A stretch of DNA of 64,000 bases, from NCBI RefSeq assembly GCF_030028105.1, contig NC_092373.1:43381451-43445450 (forward strand), read 5' to 3'. Position 1 is the stretch's first letter. Each line of letters begins with the position of its first letter. A program made the translations under genes and the position numbers. This stretch comes from Mobula birostris (lineage: Eukaryota). Under the pieces are notes generated by a model that saw only the letters and a program-made list of their open reading frames with translations, had not been told where the DNA came from and did no database searches. Positions 38,130 through 51,959 of this stretch are shown piece after piece.

Positions 38130-39320
38130 ACATTTATGACTCAGGAGGAGGCCAATTGGTGTATTATGTCCATGCCAACTGATAAAGAGCCGTGCTGCCT
38201 CATTTTGCCTTCCAGCGCTTGTTATCTGGTCCTTCAGGTTAAAGCTCTTTAAGTACGTATCCAAGTACGTTTAATGTCATTAGAATTTCTGCTAGGAGCA
38301 AGCTTTCAAGCAATGAGTTCCAGAATCTTACCACTCTATGGGTGAAAATAACTTAGCCCATCTCCCCTCTAATTCTTCTACCAGTAACTTTAAGTCCGTA
38401 ATCCTAGCACCTGCTGCTTTGCTCCACTTAGTCCCCATATTATTTGATACTCCTCAGTCAAGTATCCTAGCCTCTAATACAATTAATCCCAAATTATTCA
38501 ATAGCAACCTTTTTCTAGCCCTGGCAACAGCTGTGTAAATCCCTTATTTAATGCAATCACATCTTTTGTACGAAGTCTCAACCAGAGCTGGATCTAATAA
38601 TCCGGCTTTGGCCCAAATAAGTTTGTTCTAGCATGACCTCTGCTGTCAACATCTCTTCTTTTTTCCAATAAAGGAAACGATTTCGTATGTCTCATTAACC
38701 ACTCATGTGACCTTTAAGTATATATGGTCTTGGACTTGTCCCTCTGTTTATAGCACTTCTTGTATCCACATATAGTATGCTCTTGTTTTGGTTTCCAGTG
38801 CAATTCTTGACAACTCTGGATTAAATTCCATTTGTAATAAACTTATTACCTTCTCAAACAAATTCAATCACAATATTCCCTTAACAGATCCATGCTGACT
38901 ATGCTTGTTTAATTTGTGCCTTTCTGAATGGAGGTTATTACTTTCCCTCAGAAATGAATCCAGTAATTTGCACTGCACTAATTTTATAGTTAGTGGACTG
39001 TAATTATTTTTATATACCAATCTTGCTTTTTCAACAGTGCTACAACATTACCAGTTCTCCAAGCATCTGGAAGAAGTGAAAATGTTGATCACCAATTTTC
39101 TGCATTGAATTTTTTAAAGGTCTTGGTTATGTTCCATCTGGGTCAGGCAATTTATCGACTTTCAAAGACGCTAACTGTCTTAGTAATCTCTATCTTATGT
39201 GTTCATTCCATCTACTATTTTTCAAATTACCATCTAAACTATAGTGGTAGTGTGATTTCCTCCTCCCTTCTTTGAAGATAACTGCAAAGTATTCATTAGG
39301 AATCTTGCTTAAATTGCCAA
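38130..39320 (-). mobile_element. Old, highly decayed CR1 fragments
   Basis: Residual similarity (gagttccagaatcttaccactct, ccatgctgact, tgcaaagtattcatt). No ORF. Confidence 0.5.
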
Positions 39321-39519
39321 TATAAATGCAATACATTCCCATCATCATATAAAACAAAATTACATCAGTCCCATAGCAAAGCTTTTCAAATATAGAAGCT
39401 TTTAGCCTTTCTAGACCACCTTAATAATTTATAATAAACTGGTGCACATCCTTCTCCTTTCCCAAAAGCTCAATATCATCTAAAGAGGCTAGAACTGGAT
39501 ATAGTTGTCCACTATGGAG

Positions 39520-40226
39520 TAGAATAGACAATAGACAATAGGTGTAGGAATAGGCCATTCGGCCCTTCGAGCCAGCACTGCCATTCACTGTGATCATGGC
39601 TGATCATCCACAATCAGTATCCAGTTCTTGCCTTATCCCCATAACCTTTGATTCCACATCTTTAAGAGCTCTATCCATCTCTTTCTTGAAAGCATCCAGA
39701 GACTTGGCCTCTACTGCCTTCTGGGGCAGAGTATTCCATACATCCACCACTCTCTGAGTGAAAAAGTTTTTCCTCAACTCCGTCCTAAATGGCCTACCCC
39801 TTATTCTTAAACTGTGGCCTCTGGTTCTGGACTCACCCATCAGCGGGAACATGCTTCCTGCCTCCAGTATGTCCAATCCCTTAATAATCTTATATATTTC
39901 AATAAGATCCCCTCTCAGCCTTCTAAATTCCAGAGCATACAAGCCCAGTTGCTCCAATCTTTCGACATATGACAGTCCCGCCATCCCGGGAATTAACCTT
40001 GTGAACCTACGCTGCACTCCTTCAATAGCAAGAATGTCCTTCCTCAAATTTGGAGACCAAAACTGCACACAGTACTCCAGGTGTGGTCTCACCAGGGCCC
40101 TGTATAGCTGCAGAAGGACCTCTTTGCTCTTATACTCAATTCCCCTTGTTATGAAGGCCAGCATGCCATTAGCTTTCTTCACTGCCTGCTGTACTTGCAT
40201 GCTTGCTTTCAGTGACTGATGTACAT
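39520..40226 (-). mobile_element. Young 5'-truncated CR1 with an open 198-aa RT C-terminal frame
   Basis: ORF 39604-40200 KKANGMLAFI...RPHLEYCVQFWSP...RTRGH is uninterrupted. Tail (attgtct)n. Confidence 0.9.
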
Positions 40227-41359
40227 AGTATGGTAGGTCTGATAATTAACTGCTAAAAAAGTTTGTGTCAATAAATTAAACTATTTTGAAAATAACTGGT
40301 CACTAGAACTTCCAATGTGATGCAGCTGGCTCATTACTTTTGCTTTGGACTTCATTCATTCCTAATTACCCTTTCTCCTCTGTGCTTTACTGCCTGGCCC
40401 TGCTGAAGACTATTGCCTTGATCTTCGAGCTAGCCTTTAGCAGAGGATAATGAGACTTGTAGGGAAGAGAGGAGAGGGAGAAAAGGGCAGCCAAAGGCTT
40501 GATGTTTTTTCCCCCTAGGTTGGATTAGACTTGGTTTCTCTAATTAGAATTTTGGATCTCAGTTGAATTTACTGACCACAGGGGCAGGATGACACCAAGT
40601 TTAACAATTTCCCTGGCACTGACAACTGTGAATGTAATTTTATATTTCCATCTGTATATGTGCTTGGACATAGATCTAATATGCTGTTGTCTCATGACTA
40701 TTGCATCATTCGTGTTTCTCTCTGCCTAACTCAGTCACTAACAAGTGGAGTGCATGGGCATCTATGGACTCCAGTCAGTTTTGACCACCTACACAGCTAC
40801 ATATTCTTCTTAGTTTGTCATTGTTCTGTAGCAGTCTCTCATTTTAAAAATAAGCAATTCTTACAATATAGGCTTAGCATTGTGTAACTAAGCTATTTGA
40901 CTGTAGACATGCATCACCAGTGACAGGGCAAAAAAACTTAGAGGTGCACAAGAGAACTGAATTAGAGAAAAGCAGAGACCCAAGGATGTGGCACTGGGCG
41001 ATGTTACATTTAATAAGGCAAATTTACGTAGGGGTTCATACATAATGAATATTTAAAATGAAATCTTTTGTGGTGATACAGGCACAGCTTTGTAATTGGA
41101 CTTCCAAAGGTATTGATATTCTGTTGCTCATAACAATGTGATTAAACCTGTGATTAAAGCTCATTTTTATTTTATGTGATTAACTGTTTAATTTCATGAC
41201 CTGTCTCATTGTTAAGTCATCTTTCTCAGCTAAAACTTTTGCTTGTTTATCAGAGATGGACAAGTATCTGCAGCAAAATCTCATTTCTTAGTTGGTTCAC
41301 CCTCAATAAATCTCATTTCTTAGTTGGTACACCAGCAGTTCAGCTGCTCTAGTTAACTT

Positions 41360-41590
41360 AATGGCATAAGACATTGGAATAGAATTAGTCTGTTTGGCCC
41401 ATCGAGTCTGCTCTGCCATTTGATCATAGCTGATTTATTTTCCTTCTCAACCTCATTTTCCTGCCTTTTCCCTGTAACCTCTGATTCCCTTACTAATCAT
41501 AAACCTATCAAGCACCGCTTTAAGTATGTCCAATGACATGGCCTCCACAGATTCCATAAATTCCACGGATTCACCACCCTCTGGCTAAAG
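41360..41590 (-). mobile_element. CR1 3'-end fragment
   Basis: cataagacattggaatagaattag...ggcccatcgagtctgc...caccaccctctgg. Confidence 0.7.
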
Positions 41591-41679
41591 TACTTCAGTA
41601 AGCAGTATTGTTTTAAGACATTTAAAATATTTGTCGTTATCAAAATTGATGAACCTCTGATGGCAGAATCAGGCCATAA

Positions 41680-42700
41680 ATGCAGTTCTCCTTTAAGAAA
41701 ATGGAAGCAGCAATGCCGCGCTGGTCTACAGGTACGACTGAAGCACAGAGGCCTTCGATTTCCACTTCCAACTATATTGTTGGTGAATGTACAATGTATG
41801 GAAAATAAAAATGAAGACCTCAGAGCAAGATTGCTGTACCAGAGGGACATTAGACACTGCTGTGTACTTCGCTTCACGGAAAAATGACTATCCCCTGTCA
41901 TTTCAGATACAGCGCTGCATCTCGATGGCTTCACCATTCTTCACAAAAAATGGACAGCTCAGTCTTTTGGAAGAGGAAGTGGAGCATGCTTTCTGATTAA
42001 CTCATGATGCCACAAACGTGGTAGTTCTGACTTGGGCCTACTCACCTGACCTGGAACATCAAGCAGTCAAGTGTCATCCATTTTATCTGCCGAGGGAGTT
42101 TTTTTTGCCATCATCCTGGTGGTGGTGTATATTTCACCTCAGGACAAGGCCAGGCAGGTACTGCCCATGCTTTGGAAAGTCTAATCATCTAGCTGTACTT
42201 CTAATCCCAGTGTATGGTCAGAAACTAAAGACTGCAGTGCCACTGGTGAAGACCAAGAAGGTAGGGTCAAGGGAGGCAAGGAGCGCTTACAAGGCTGCTT
42301 TGAGGCAGTGGACTGGACAACGGTTCAAGGATTCATCTTCAAGTGTGAATAAATATGCTGCAGTTGTCACTGACTTTATCAAGGTCTGGGTGGATGAGTG
42401 TGTGCCTTCGAGAACATTCTGCACGCACCCAAACCAAGAGCCAAGGGTGAATCAGGAGATTTGTAGTCTGCTGAGGGCCGGATCTGTGGCACTTAAGACC
42501 CGTGATCCAGAACTATACAAAAAGTCCAGGTACGACCTACAGAAGACTATTTTAAGAGCTAGCAAGCAATTCCAATTGAGGTTAGAAACAGAATTGGTTG
42601 CACGTCAGCTGTGGCAGGTTTTGCAGGCCATTACTTCCTACAAAGCAAAACCTAACATCATGAATGCTGTAATGGTTCACTCCCAGATAAGCTCTCACCA
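41680..42700 (+). mobile_element. Rex/Babar-like LINE 5' (APE) fragment
   Basis: PLPTILLVNVQCMENK...CCVLRFTE, HPFYLPREF, FGKSNHLAVLL, YKKSRYDLQK and WQVLQAITSYK. Confidence 0.8.
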
Positions 42701-43806
42701 GAGGTGAGAGTGGATTACAGACCGTTGGAAATCAATGCTAGCGAGGTAGTAATGTTAACCCTTTCATTCCGAGGATCATTATTGTAAACCACCTCTGGAC
42801 TTTCACCAGTGTGCATCCTTTCTTAGATATGGGGCTCAAAACTGCTCACAATACTCCAAATGTTATCTGAATAATTGCTTTTCTTTTGATTGCATAACTC
42901 TGGAAACAAACTACATTGTTTCTTGTTTCTTGACCTCAGCTTTCATGGATTGCTTGTATAGAATCTGGCCACTGACCATATATGTACTAACTCTGTACAG
43001 CACCTCTGTTTTCCTACTTTGTTCTCAGGAGGCAGGAGATATTGTAAGATATAAAAATTGCGTGATTTTCTTCCCGATCTCTGGTTCCATATATCTAATG
43101 CTGTCTAAAATATCAATTTTGTTATAATTATTATCTAAAACTGATAGTTTCATGCTGTTCAGAATCTGATTCACTTCATTTCTTAAGTTGAAAAAATTGG
43201 TGATAACACACTTTGTCACTGCCAGTGTTTCTAGATGAATTTGATCATTGTTGATTGCCAGCTGCATCAGAAGGAGCTTATTATTTGGTTTATAAAAGAC
43301 AAAAACACAACATTGAGGCTGCATGTGTCTTGTTTTGATACTGTACAATCAATAGGCCAGTCCATTGTTGAACACATCTGATTATCGTTAACTGATAAGC
43401 ATGTTCTCCACCTTTGCATTACCTTCCTTTTTACATCAACCACTAATGTATCACATACCTTGTGATGCTGGTGAGTTTTTAGTGCATGGCATTCATAAAT
43501 TACTTTGGGAATCTTCTTCATTTGTTTGTCAGTGATTATCTGGATAATTGCTTCTATGATCACTTTATCTTGTACACTTTATGTAGTCCTGTGTAGGTCT
43601 GAAGTCTAATGTACTGTAGTTGTGTGTTGTTTCAGGTAGTCTAGTGTAGTTTTGTGTTGTTTCAGGTAGCACCATGGTTCTGGAGGAACGTCATTTCATT
43701 TTTACTGTGTACTGTACCAGCAGTTATGGTTGAAATGATAATAAAAGTGACTTAACTTGACTTGGTTTTTCAAGACAGAGAAAATTGAAAGGAAAATTTC
43801 TTTAAA

Positions 43807-44435
43807 GAATCAGAACCAGGTTTATTATCACCGGCATGTGACGTGAAATTTGTTAATTTAGCAGCAGCAATTCAATGCAATACATAATCTAGCAAAGAGG
43901 AAAAAAAATATAGTAATAATAAACAAGTAAATCAATTACGTATATTGAATAGATTTTTTAAAAATGTACAAAAACAAATACAGTATATTTAAAAAAGTGA
44001 GGTAGTGAACAAAGTTTAATGTCCATTTAGTAATTGGATGGCAGAGGGGAAGAAGCTATTCCTGAATTGCTGAGTGTGTGCCTTCAGGCTTCTGTATCTC
44101 CTACCTGATGGTAACAGTGAGAAAAGGACATGCCCTGGGTGCTGGAGGTCCTTAATAATGGATGCTACCTTTCTGAGACACTGCTCCCTGAAGATGCCCT
44201 GGGTACTTTGTAGGCTAGTACCCAAGATGGAGCTGACTAGATTTACAACCTTTTGCAGCTTCCTTCGGTCCTGTACAGTAGTCCCTCCATACCAGACAGT
44301 GATGCAATTTATCAGAATACTCTCCACAGTACAACTATAGAAGTTTTTGAGTGTATTTGTTGACATGCCAAATCTCTTCAAACTCCTAATAAGGTATAGC
44401 CACTGTCTTGCTTTCTTTATAACTACATCGATACA
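43807..44435 (-). mobile_element. Rex/Babar-like LINE 3' fragment
   Basis: LKNFYSCTVESIL..CITVWYG...HPGHVLFSLLPSGRRYRS...NSFFPSAI. Tail aataaacctggttctgattct. Confidence 0.85.
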
Positions 44436-45637
44436 TCAGCATATGTTGAAGAGACTTTGCATTAGAATAGTACAGTAGGAAAAGTGAAAATACATGGAAC
44501 AGGTTATGGAGGTTCATAGAAGAATACTTAATTGGCCATAGGATGTGTCCAGTTTAGTTTTCTGTATGTGTATTCACTCACTAAATGTCACTTTCTTATC
44601 CATTACTATAAATTTGCACCAACAAAGGAGACTTGTGATCCATGTTTTCCTTGTCAACGTTTCCTTTTGTCAGCACTGTGTAGATGTGCATATGTGCACT
44701 CACAGCAGCTTATCAAAAATTTGGCAAATAAATCACCCAGACTAAGCCGGATGCTAAGCGCAATTTCCTATTATTCAGCAGTTCCACCCTTTGATTTGAT
44801 CATTTTCACCTAAACTAGAATATCGGTGGACTAAAAAAACTCCTTATGTCATATCATTGATAAAATAGAATATTCACATCTCATCACTCCCAGATGAATG
44901 CATCCATTTTATTGTTGGAATTTAAACATTTATTATTGAAAGCCATGTATAAATCATGAACAAAGTTTTCACTTTGGCCGTGACTTTTACTTAAATTCCA
45001 CTCAGTTATCTAAGCCATTCAGGCGGTTGAGTTCTCTGATTTATTGTACTAGTTCAATGCATCCTTATAAATTTAACAACTATAAATTCATTCAGAAGAA
45101 AGCATTGCTGCTTTCTTTGCTGTAATTCAGTATCTTTAGTTTTTGTCACAGGAGATAATGAGGCTATAAGACTACTGAACTCCCTGCCACCACCCATATG
45201 AAGTGCTAGTAGCATTATACTGTTTACTTGTACGTACACCTTTATTATTTGTAAAGTTATTTCTGGTAATATTATTTCTTGTTTTATGTGTGTGAGCTAT
45301 CTCTCATTTGGCAGTATACATGTATCATGTGTATTGTTGAATGACAATAAACTTGAACTTGACATTATAAAACCTGCTTAACAATTACAGTTTGCATTTA
45401 AATATAACCTCTAATGTAATTAAACAAAATCACTGGGTACTGTACAACAGCATTTTGAAACAAAAGTGTTAACCTGTCTATGTAAGATAGGATTAGGCTG
45501 ATGATCAAGTAGTTAATAAGAGTGAGTATCATCAGATGTGTGATAGGTAGGGAGGCTGGTTTAGAGAGTGGATTCCAGAGTTCAGGATCTAGCAGGGTCT
45601 AATTGTTTTATTTGATTTATGGAGAAAAGGTATTGCA

Positions 45638-45651
45638 CCACCCTCTGGTGG
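45638..45651 (-). promoter_or_regulatory. Candidate CTCF site
   Basis: Minus strand CCACCAGAGGGTGG, one mismatch to CCASYAGRKGGCRS, in apparently non-repeat AT-rich DNA. Motif match only. Confidence 0.3.
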
Positions 45652-46819
45652 TTAATTAAAATGTTGTGTTAGGCTGCTATTATAACAGTAGTATTTATGA
45701 TGGTAAAAGACATGACACCAGTTAAGATTCAAGATTTTTAATATATTTTGGAAAACTGTATACATTGGTCTACATATTGGTTGTATTCATGATTGCCATG
45801 TCGTCATGTTGAGTTTTCCTAACTTATAAATTGGGTAGATATCACTTTAGTCTGTTCTATTTTCAAAAACTTCAAATTAAAGTTAGGACATTTGCAATAA
45901 CCTGAATATTAGATTTGCCTTTAGAATGTCATGGAGATTGTCCTTTCAATATATACCTCGATATTTTTGTCTTTATGTTGGCATAAGGTGGAAGTTTTCT
46001 TTCCAATCTTATTGAACTGAACTCCTTTTGCTTTCCTTGTTATTATAGGCATGCAAAACCTTTGATATCAGTGATTTCCCCAAGATAGTTGAAGCTTGTA
46101 TGTTCAGCTGTGATGTTTGTTGTATTGTAGCAAGTGCAATCCTAGTTGTTGGAAACTTGGGGAGCAGTTAAAGAAAATACTGGAACCTGTGAATACTTGT
46201 AATCTAATAATTCTTTGCTTGTGGGACACTGTGTATGTAAGTGTGTTTTTAGTTAGTTTGGTAAATCTGCTTCATTAAGCAACACATATCAATTTCTGGT
46301 TTGAACTTGCTCCATTCTGAACAGAGAAAGTTTTATGCAGTATTCCCTGAAGAGTTCATTTGGTTTTTGTAAGAGTGAAAATAGCTGTATGAGGTTCAGT
46401 AAAGGGGTTATGATAATTTGATCAGGATCTTGTCAGTATAGCTGACATCATTTATTATAGTGATACGAGGGGATGGTTTGAAGATGAAAAATAAGAATGT
46501 CCAATGATAGGTTAACTGTGCAGAAGCTGAATTAGAAGCATTGCAAATCATTCGAAGGGCAGGCATGGAATCAAAATAATTGTGTGACCTTAAAATGGCA
46601 GAGTCCAAATTGGCAGCTAAGGCAATGAAATTTCCGAGTTCGGCTGAAGTGGCATTGGTGCAGTTATCTCTATACTTGTACAGATGGTGGGGGAGCTTAC
46701 CTGAGTCAAATTGAAATACGAAATGACATATGCAATTAAAAAGCAAAACATGATTGGTTTCCAAAGCAATTCCGTTTCTTTGAATTGAAGGAGTTATTTA
46801 TCAGTCTGAGAACGATCTG

Positions 46820-47615
46820 AATCCTCTTCCCACTCATCATTAACAGTTCTACAATTAGCACCGTTCCAACATTCAATTTCCTGGGCATCATTATTTTGTA
46901 GGACCTCGTGGGAGAACCATATCTCCATTAACAAAAAGGCTTAGCAAAGGATATACTACTTTCAGCAGTTGGTAAAATCCCATCTTTCCTGGAACTTACT
47001 GTTGCAATAATACACTACCATCATAGAGAGAATTCTCACATCAGCTATTACTGTCTAGTTTGGTGCAGCATCCTCTCACAATATATAAAAGGTACAGCAA
47101 ACTGTCAGGTGAGAAGAAATGGTCATTGGCTGCAGTCTACCATCACTTCAGGACTTGTATGTATCCAAGAAGAAGAAGCAGGCAGGAAAGATCATTGCAG
47201 ACATTACCTATCCTACATACTGTCTTTTCCAAAAGTTCCCTTCTGGAAAGTGCTATAGAGCTATTAAAATAAAAAAACTTCATGTCATCTTAAAAGTTTC
47301 TTCCCCCAGTCAGTTAATCTGATCATTCATTCTAGTTAGCCCACCCCCACCCCACCAACCCTCCTCTGTCTATTATTCCTGTCACTGCACTGCACTGTAA
47401 ACACGTAGACCATTTTTTATAATGCTTTTTACACTCTGGTATTTCTGTTTTTATACACATTTTATTCTGTATCTGTACTTAACCTCTAACTTTATTCTTT
47501 ATGCAATTCTTTATAATTGTTGAATGCTGTTTATTTTTGTTGCGTATCACACCCTGACCAAGACACAAATTCCTATTACATGTATATGGCATAAAAAGTT
47601 GATCTTTGATTCTTG
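46820..47615 (+). mobile_element. Decayed Rex/Babar-like LINE 3' fragment
   Basis: ttcaatttcctgggcatc..., LPSLQDLY...HP...FPSGKCYR-type remnants. Tail ataaaaagttgatctttgattcttga. Confidence 0.7.
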
Positions 47616-47767
47616 AGTAATCTGTTGTGGTGCTACAGCAGAGAGAATAGGTGTGAGTAAACAAGTTGCGTACTTGGTCTCAAACAGCAGATGAAAGGAC
47701 TTGGTTTTGTTATCCTAGTATCAGCAATGAAAAGTGATAACGAGATTTGGATATATTTTGCAATATA

Positions 47768-50700
47768 TCTACTGTCTTTACTGTGCGTATATACACAACT
47801 ATGCAATGAGTTAAACAACTTCTCAAAAATCACCTGGGGACAGAAGCTTTCTTCACCATTTTTAGTGAGTTCTCTTTACTTGTGAAACTGTAGAGAGTTA
47901 AGTAAATAAGCATTAAATTTAATACAGATCCACTGCGCACCTGAGTATACTCATACTGTTGATTATTCTCAGAACAGGTGTTAACCAACATAATACAAAT
48001 ATGCAATGCGGTGTAAACAAGAGTAAACTCATCGCACAACAATAAACTTAAATATAATACTTCCTTCAATATATATCTTCCAAGTGTTTACCAACATTAG
48101 TAAAAACTTAAGACTCACAGGTACTGCTGTTTCAAGAGCAAATAAAGAGTAGATGGAGATGTGTCTTCCACCATACTTAAAATCAAATCAAAACTAATCC
48201 ACACAAGAAATGATATATAAAAATAGCTTATGTATAAGAAATGGTGTTCATAGAAATGAACTGCGTCTCTGGAGGCCAGAACATGTCCCACCTGACATCC
48301 ATAAAATGTCAACCTTAATTACTTAAACTAAGAGTCAATGATCACCTCACTAAATCTTCATCAAAAGAAAGACAGTCTCAGTGACTGATCTTGAAAGCTG
48401 TCTTACTCTGGTCTTTAACCGATCTCTGCTTGAAAACGATGAACTTGATAACATACTTGCTTGTGGTAGTGTCTAATGAGCAGAGGTGACATGATGCTCA
48501 CCCAGAATGATGATTGTGTGAGTTACTTCTGAAGTGAGTTGTCCTAATACGACCTCCAACTTACATTGCTCCTCAGAGACAAGAAAGGGCCAGAGTTTAC
48601 TAAGGGAACTTTGTTTTTGTTTTGATTCCTGCTTTGTGATGCATGACACTTTCTCTTCTTAAACCTGTCTTTGAGCAACAAGGAGTCTAACCATTGTTGA
48701 TTCAGTTGTTCTGCACTGAAACGTTGCTTACAAATGTGCCAACCACTACAAAGGCTGTCTTTGGCTACTCCTGTAAAGGAATGAGCAATATGTAAGAGCC
48801 AGGCAATTGCTCTGGTAAGCGACTTCCAGCTTGAAAAATGTTCAAAGCATGCACTGCCAAGTTGGAACAGTGATAAATGAGTGATGTTGGTCGACACTTG
48901 ACGTATTTCTACATCTGCCTCAGAGTCGGCTAATCACCAGTTTCCTGCTAACTATGTTCCCATTGAGGATTAGCAAGAAATACTGGGCCAGTTAAGGGTT
49001 CAGTCCTGAAAACTTTCTCTCCCTCGATAACTGTCCTGTTAAGCTGCCAGCTTGTAATCATCTTCCGAGTGACAGGAGACCTGCTTGCCTAAATCTAGTT
49101 GAGTGGAGGTAAATGTGTCAGGGTGCTTGGCTTGCGTACCTACAATCTTTTCTTTCATGCAGATTCTACTCTCACAGGGCCTGAAATGGCTTGGGTGCCT
49201 GTTCTCCAGGACATTAGTCTTAAATGTGCTTACAGTGGGTTGATGAGCACCATCAAGTCAGACTTCACCCACAATGACACAACTGAAGTTCTGTCAATGG
49301 GCATAAGGTCCATTGCGTCAACCATTGCACTATTCACGTGACTTAAGTGCACGGATGGTATCAATGCCAAGTGACAGGAGAATTGCAGCAGAAAAGTCAC
49401 GTGCTGGAATCTTGTCAGCAATGGCCTTAAGATGTGAATGATCGCTTGCAGCCTGAGGAGTTGAAATCTTATCCCTGTTTTTGGGAGTGTAGTCACATTC
49501 AATGAGAGTTGACAAGGATAAGCGGACCTCCAGTCCTATTAACTCCATGACAAATTCAATGGCTTTTCTTCCAGCAACTTCTGACATTCCAGAACATGTC
49601 TTTAGAGTGTATGGGAAATCTGAACTTTGAGTACTCTGTATGGCAAAGTATGTTGATTTTTGCCAATGACACATTTCTCTGGTCATCTAATAATCACATA
49701 TACCTTTATTTTTTGCTCTGGATGATGTCCTATTGAGTAGTTGTTGACTAGACATATTTTAGAGCTGGATTTGCCTTGGAGCCTTTCCTGCCTACCTCTG
49801 TGCATGAAGAAGTAGCAATGTCTGATGGATGCTCAGGTGGGTTCCTGCCCTGCTGTGGTCTGCTGTTGGTGTGCTGGCACGAGTAGAAGCCCAAGATGCT
49901 GGACCTGAATAAGACCATAAGACATAGGAGCAGAATTAGACCATTCCACCCATTGAGCCTGCTCTGCCATTTCATCATGACTGATCCCGGATCCCATTCA
50001 ACCCCATACACCCGCCCACTCAGCATATCCCTTGATGGCCTGACCAATCAGGAATCTATCAACTTTCGCTTTGAATATACCCATGGACTTGGCCTCCACC
50101 ACAGCCTATGGCAGAGCATTCCACAGATTCAGCACTCCTTTGCTAAAAAAAATCCTCCTTCTATTTGCAAAGGTCGTCTCTCAATTTTGAGGCTGTGCCC
50201 TCCAGTTCTGGATATCTCTACTATAGGAACATCCTGTCCACATCCACCTTATCTAATCCTTTCAACATTTGGTAGGTTTCAACAAGATCCACCCCCCCCC
50301 CCCCGGCATTCTTCTAAATTCCAGTGAGTACAGGCACAGAGTTGCCAAATGCTCCTCATATGTTAACCCCTTCATTCCCGAAATCATCCTTGTGAACCTC
50401 CTTTGGACTTTCTCCAATGACAGTACATCCTTTCTGAGATAAAGGTCCCAGAACTGTTGACAGTACTCCAAGTGCAGCCTGACTAGTGTCTTATAAAGCT
50501 TCAGCATCATCTCCCTGTTTTTATATACTATTCCTCTTGAAATAAATGCCAAAATTACATTTGCCTTCTTTACCACAGATTCAACCTGTGAATTAATCTC
50601 CTGGGAGTCTTGTATAAGGATTTAAGTCTCTTTGCACCTCTGATGTTTCCATTTTCTCCCCATTTAGATAATAGTCTACACTTTTATTCCGTTTACCAAA

Positions 50701-51618
50701 AATACATTTGTCATATATTTTCCAACAGTACTCTATCTGCTACTTTTTTTGCCCGGTCTTCCAATTTGTCTATCCTGCTACGATTGCACTGCCTCCTCAG
50801 GACTACCTACCCCCCACCTATCTTCGTATCATCCGCAAACCTTGCCACAAAGCCATCATTTCCAGTATCTAAATCATTGACAAGCAGTTTGAAAAGCAGC
50901 GATCCCAATACTGACCCCTGAGGAATGAAGTGCTGATTCACACTGATCACTGTTGTACTCAGTACAGTGGATGATAGCTTCAGTCTTTTTGCTTCGTATG
51001 CTGTTGAAGCGCAAAATTTGAAACACTTAAAAAGCAGCTTATTGGCCTGTGAGCAACGCCTTTGAAGACGAGTTATCTTTTCACTCTATTGCCCTCACTG
51101 TGCACTGTACACAAATACAAAGTGAGTTAAACAACTTGTTTAAATCAAAATCAAAAAAATCACCTGAGATGAAAGCTTTCTTCAGTGTTTTTCTTGAGAT
51201 TGCTTTACTTATGAAATTGCAGAGGGTTAAGTAAAATATGTATTAAATTCAATGCAGAATCGCAGCATGCCTAAATATACTAATACTATCGATTATTCTC
51301 ACAACCAGAGTTAAACAAGATAGTGCACATACGCAGCACTTCATAACTACGCAGTGTAACTAAGAGTAATCTCATGGCACAAAGGTAAACATAATACTTA
51401 CTTCAAATCTATCTACTGAGTGTTTAACAATATTACCAAGAACTCAAGACTCACAGATACTGCTGTTTCAAGAGCAAATAAAGAGTAGAAGGAGATGTGT
51501 CTTCCACCATACTTCAAATCGAATCAAAACTAATCCACGCAGGAAGTGATATAAAAAACAGCTTATGTATAGGAAGTAATGTTCATACAAATGAACTACA
51601 CGTCTAGAGGACGGAACA
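47768..51618 (-). mobile_element. Internally deleted BEL/Pao LTR retrotransposon with both LTRs
   Basis: Diverged direct repeats 47768-48283 and 51085-51618. Purine tract-like gtcaggtgggaca next to the 3' LTR. Peptides FSSWKSLTRAIAWLL and PYTLKTCSG...TLIECD...HLKAIADKIP are BEL-type pol/protease remnants. Possible TSD atata/atatg. Confidence 0.8.
49908..50926 (-). mobile_element. CR1 3' fragment nested in the BEL element
   Basis: KKANVILAFISRG...RLHLEYC. Tail ctatgtcttatggtctt. Confidence 0.85.
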
Positions 51619-51725
51619 ATATGCATGCTTTTCATTTGCCATTCAATTTATGGAAGATGTGATGTGGAACTGAATAAATAGTAATTGTTTCCTTTAAAAA
51701 TCTTTCTCTAATTTATATTTTGCAG

Positions 51726-51959
51726 ATACTGAGTCAGTGGTATGGGCGAACCATTATTTGTTCCTGCGTAAAGCTGAGTTATAACCATGCACAAAGCATT
51801 ATCGAGGATCCCGAAAAGATATTAACCCCTGATGAACTGCCACCCATTTCACCTGATCATAGTATTGCTGAAGTAAAGGCTGCAGTCATCAATCTTCATA
51901 ACATTGCTAAACAGCTTCGTAAGCAAAGGTTTGACAGCGGTGCTTTACGCTTGGACCAG
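51726..51959 (+). CDS. DIS3L2: DIS3L2 coding exon (234 nt)
   Basis: Acceptor ttttgcag|ATA and donor CAG|gtgagc. Translates [26 protein letters not shown]...[15 protein letters not shown]. Confidence 0.95.

Noticed and set aside
41277-41333. Short tandem duplication aaatctcatttcttagttggt (similar small duplications at ~19340, 23832, 29864 and 43617)
   Set aside because: Ordinary local slippage duplications with no sign of function.
46408-46764. 118-aa minus ORF, and a short plus-strand peptide MAESKLAAKAMKFPSSAEVALV with faint Myb/SANT-like flavour
   Set aside because: No recognisable domain or convincing splice context. The resemblance is too weak to call without a search.
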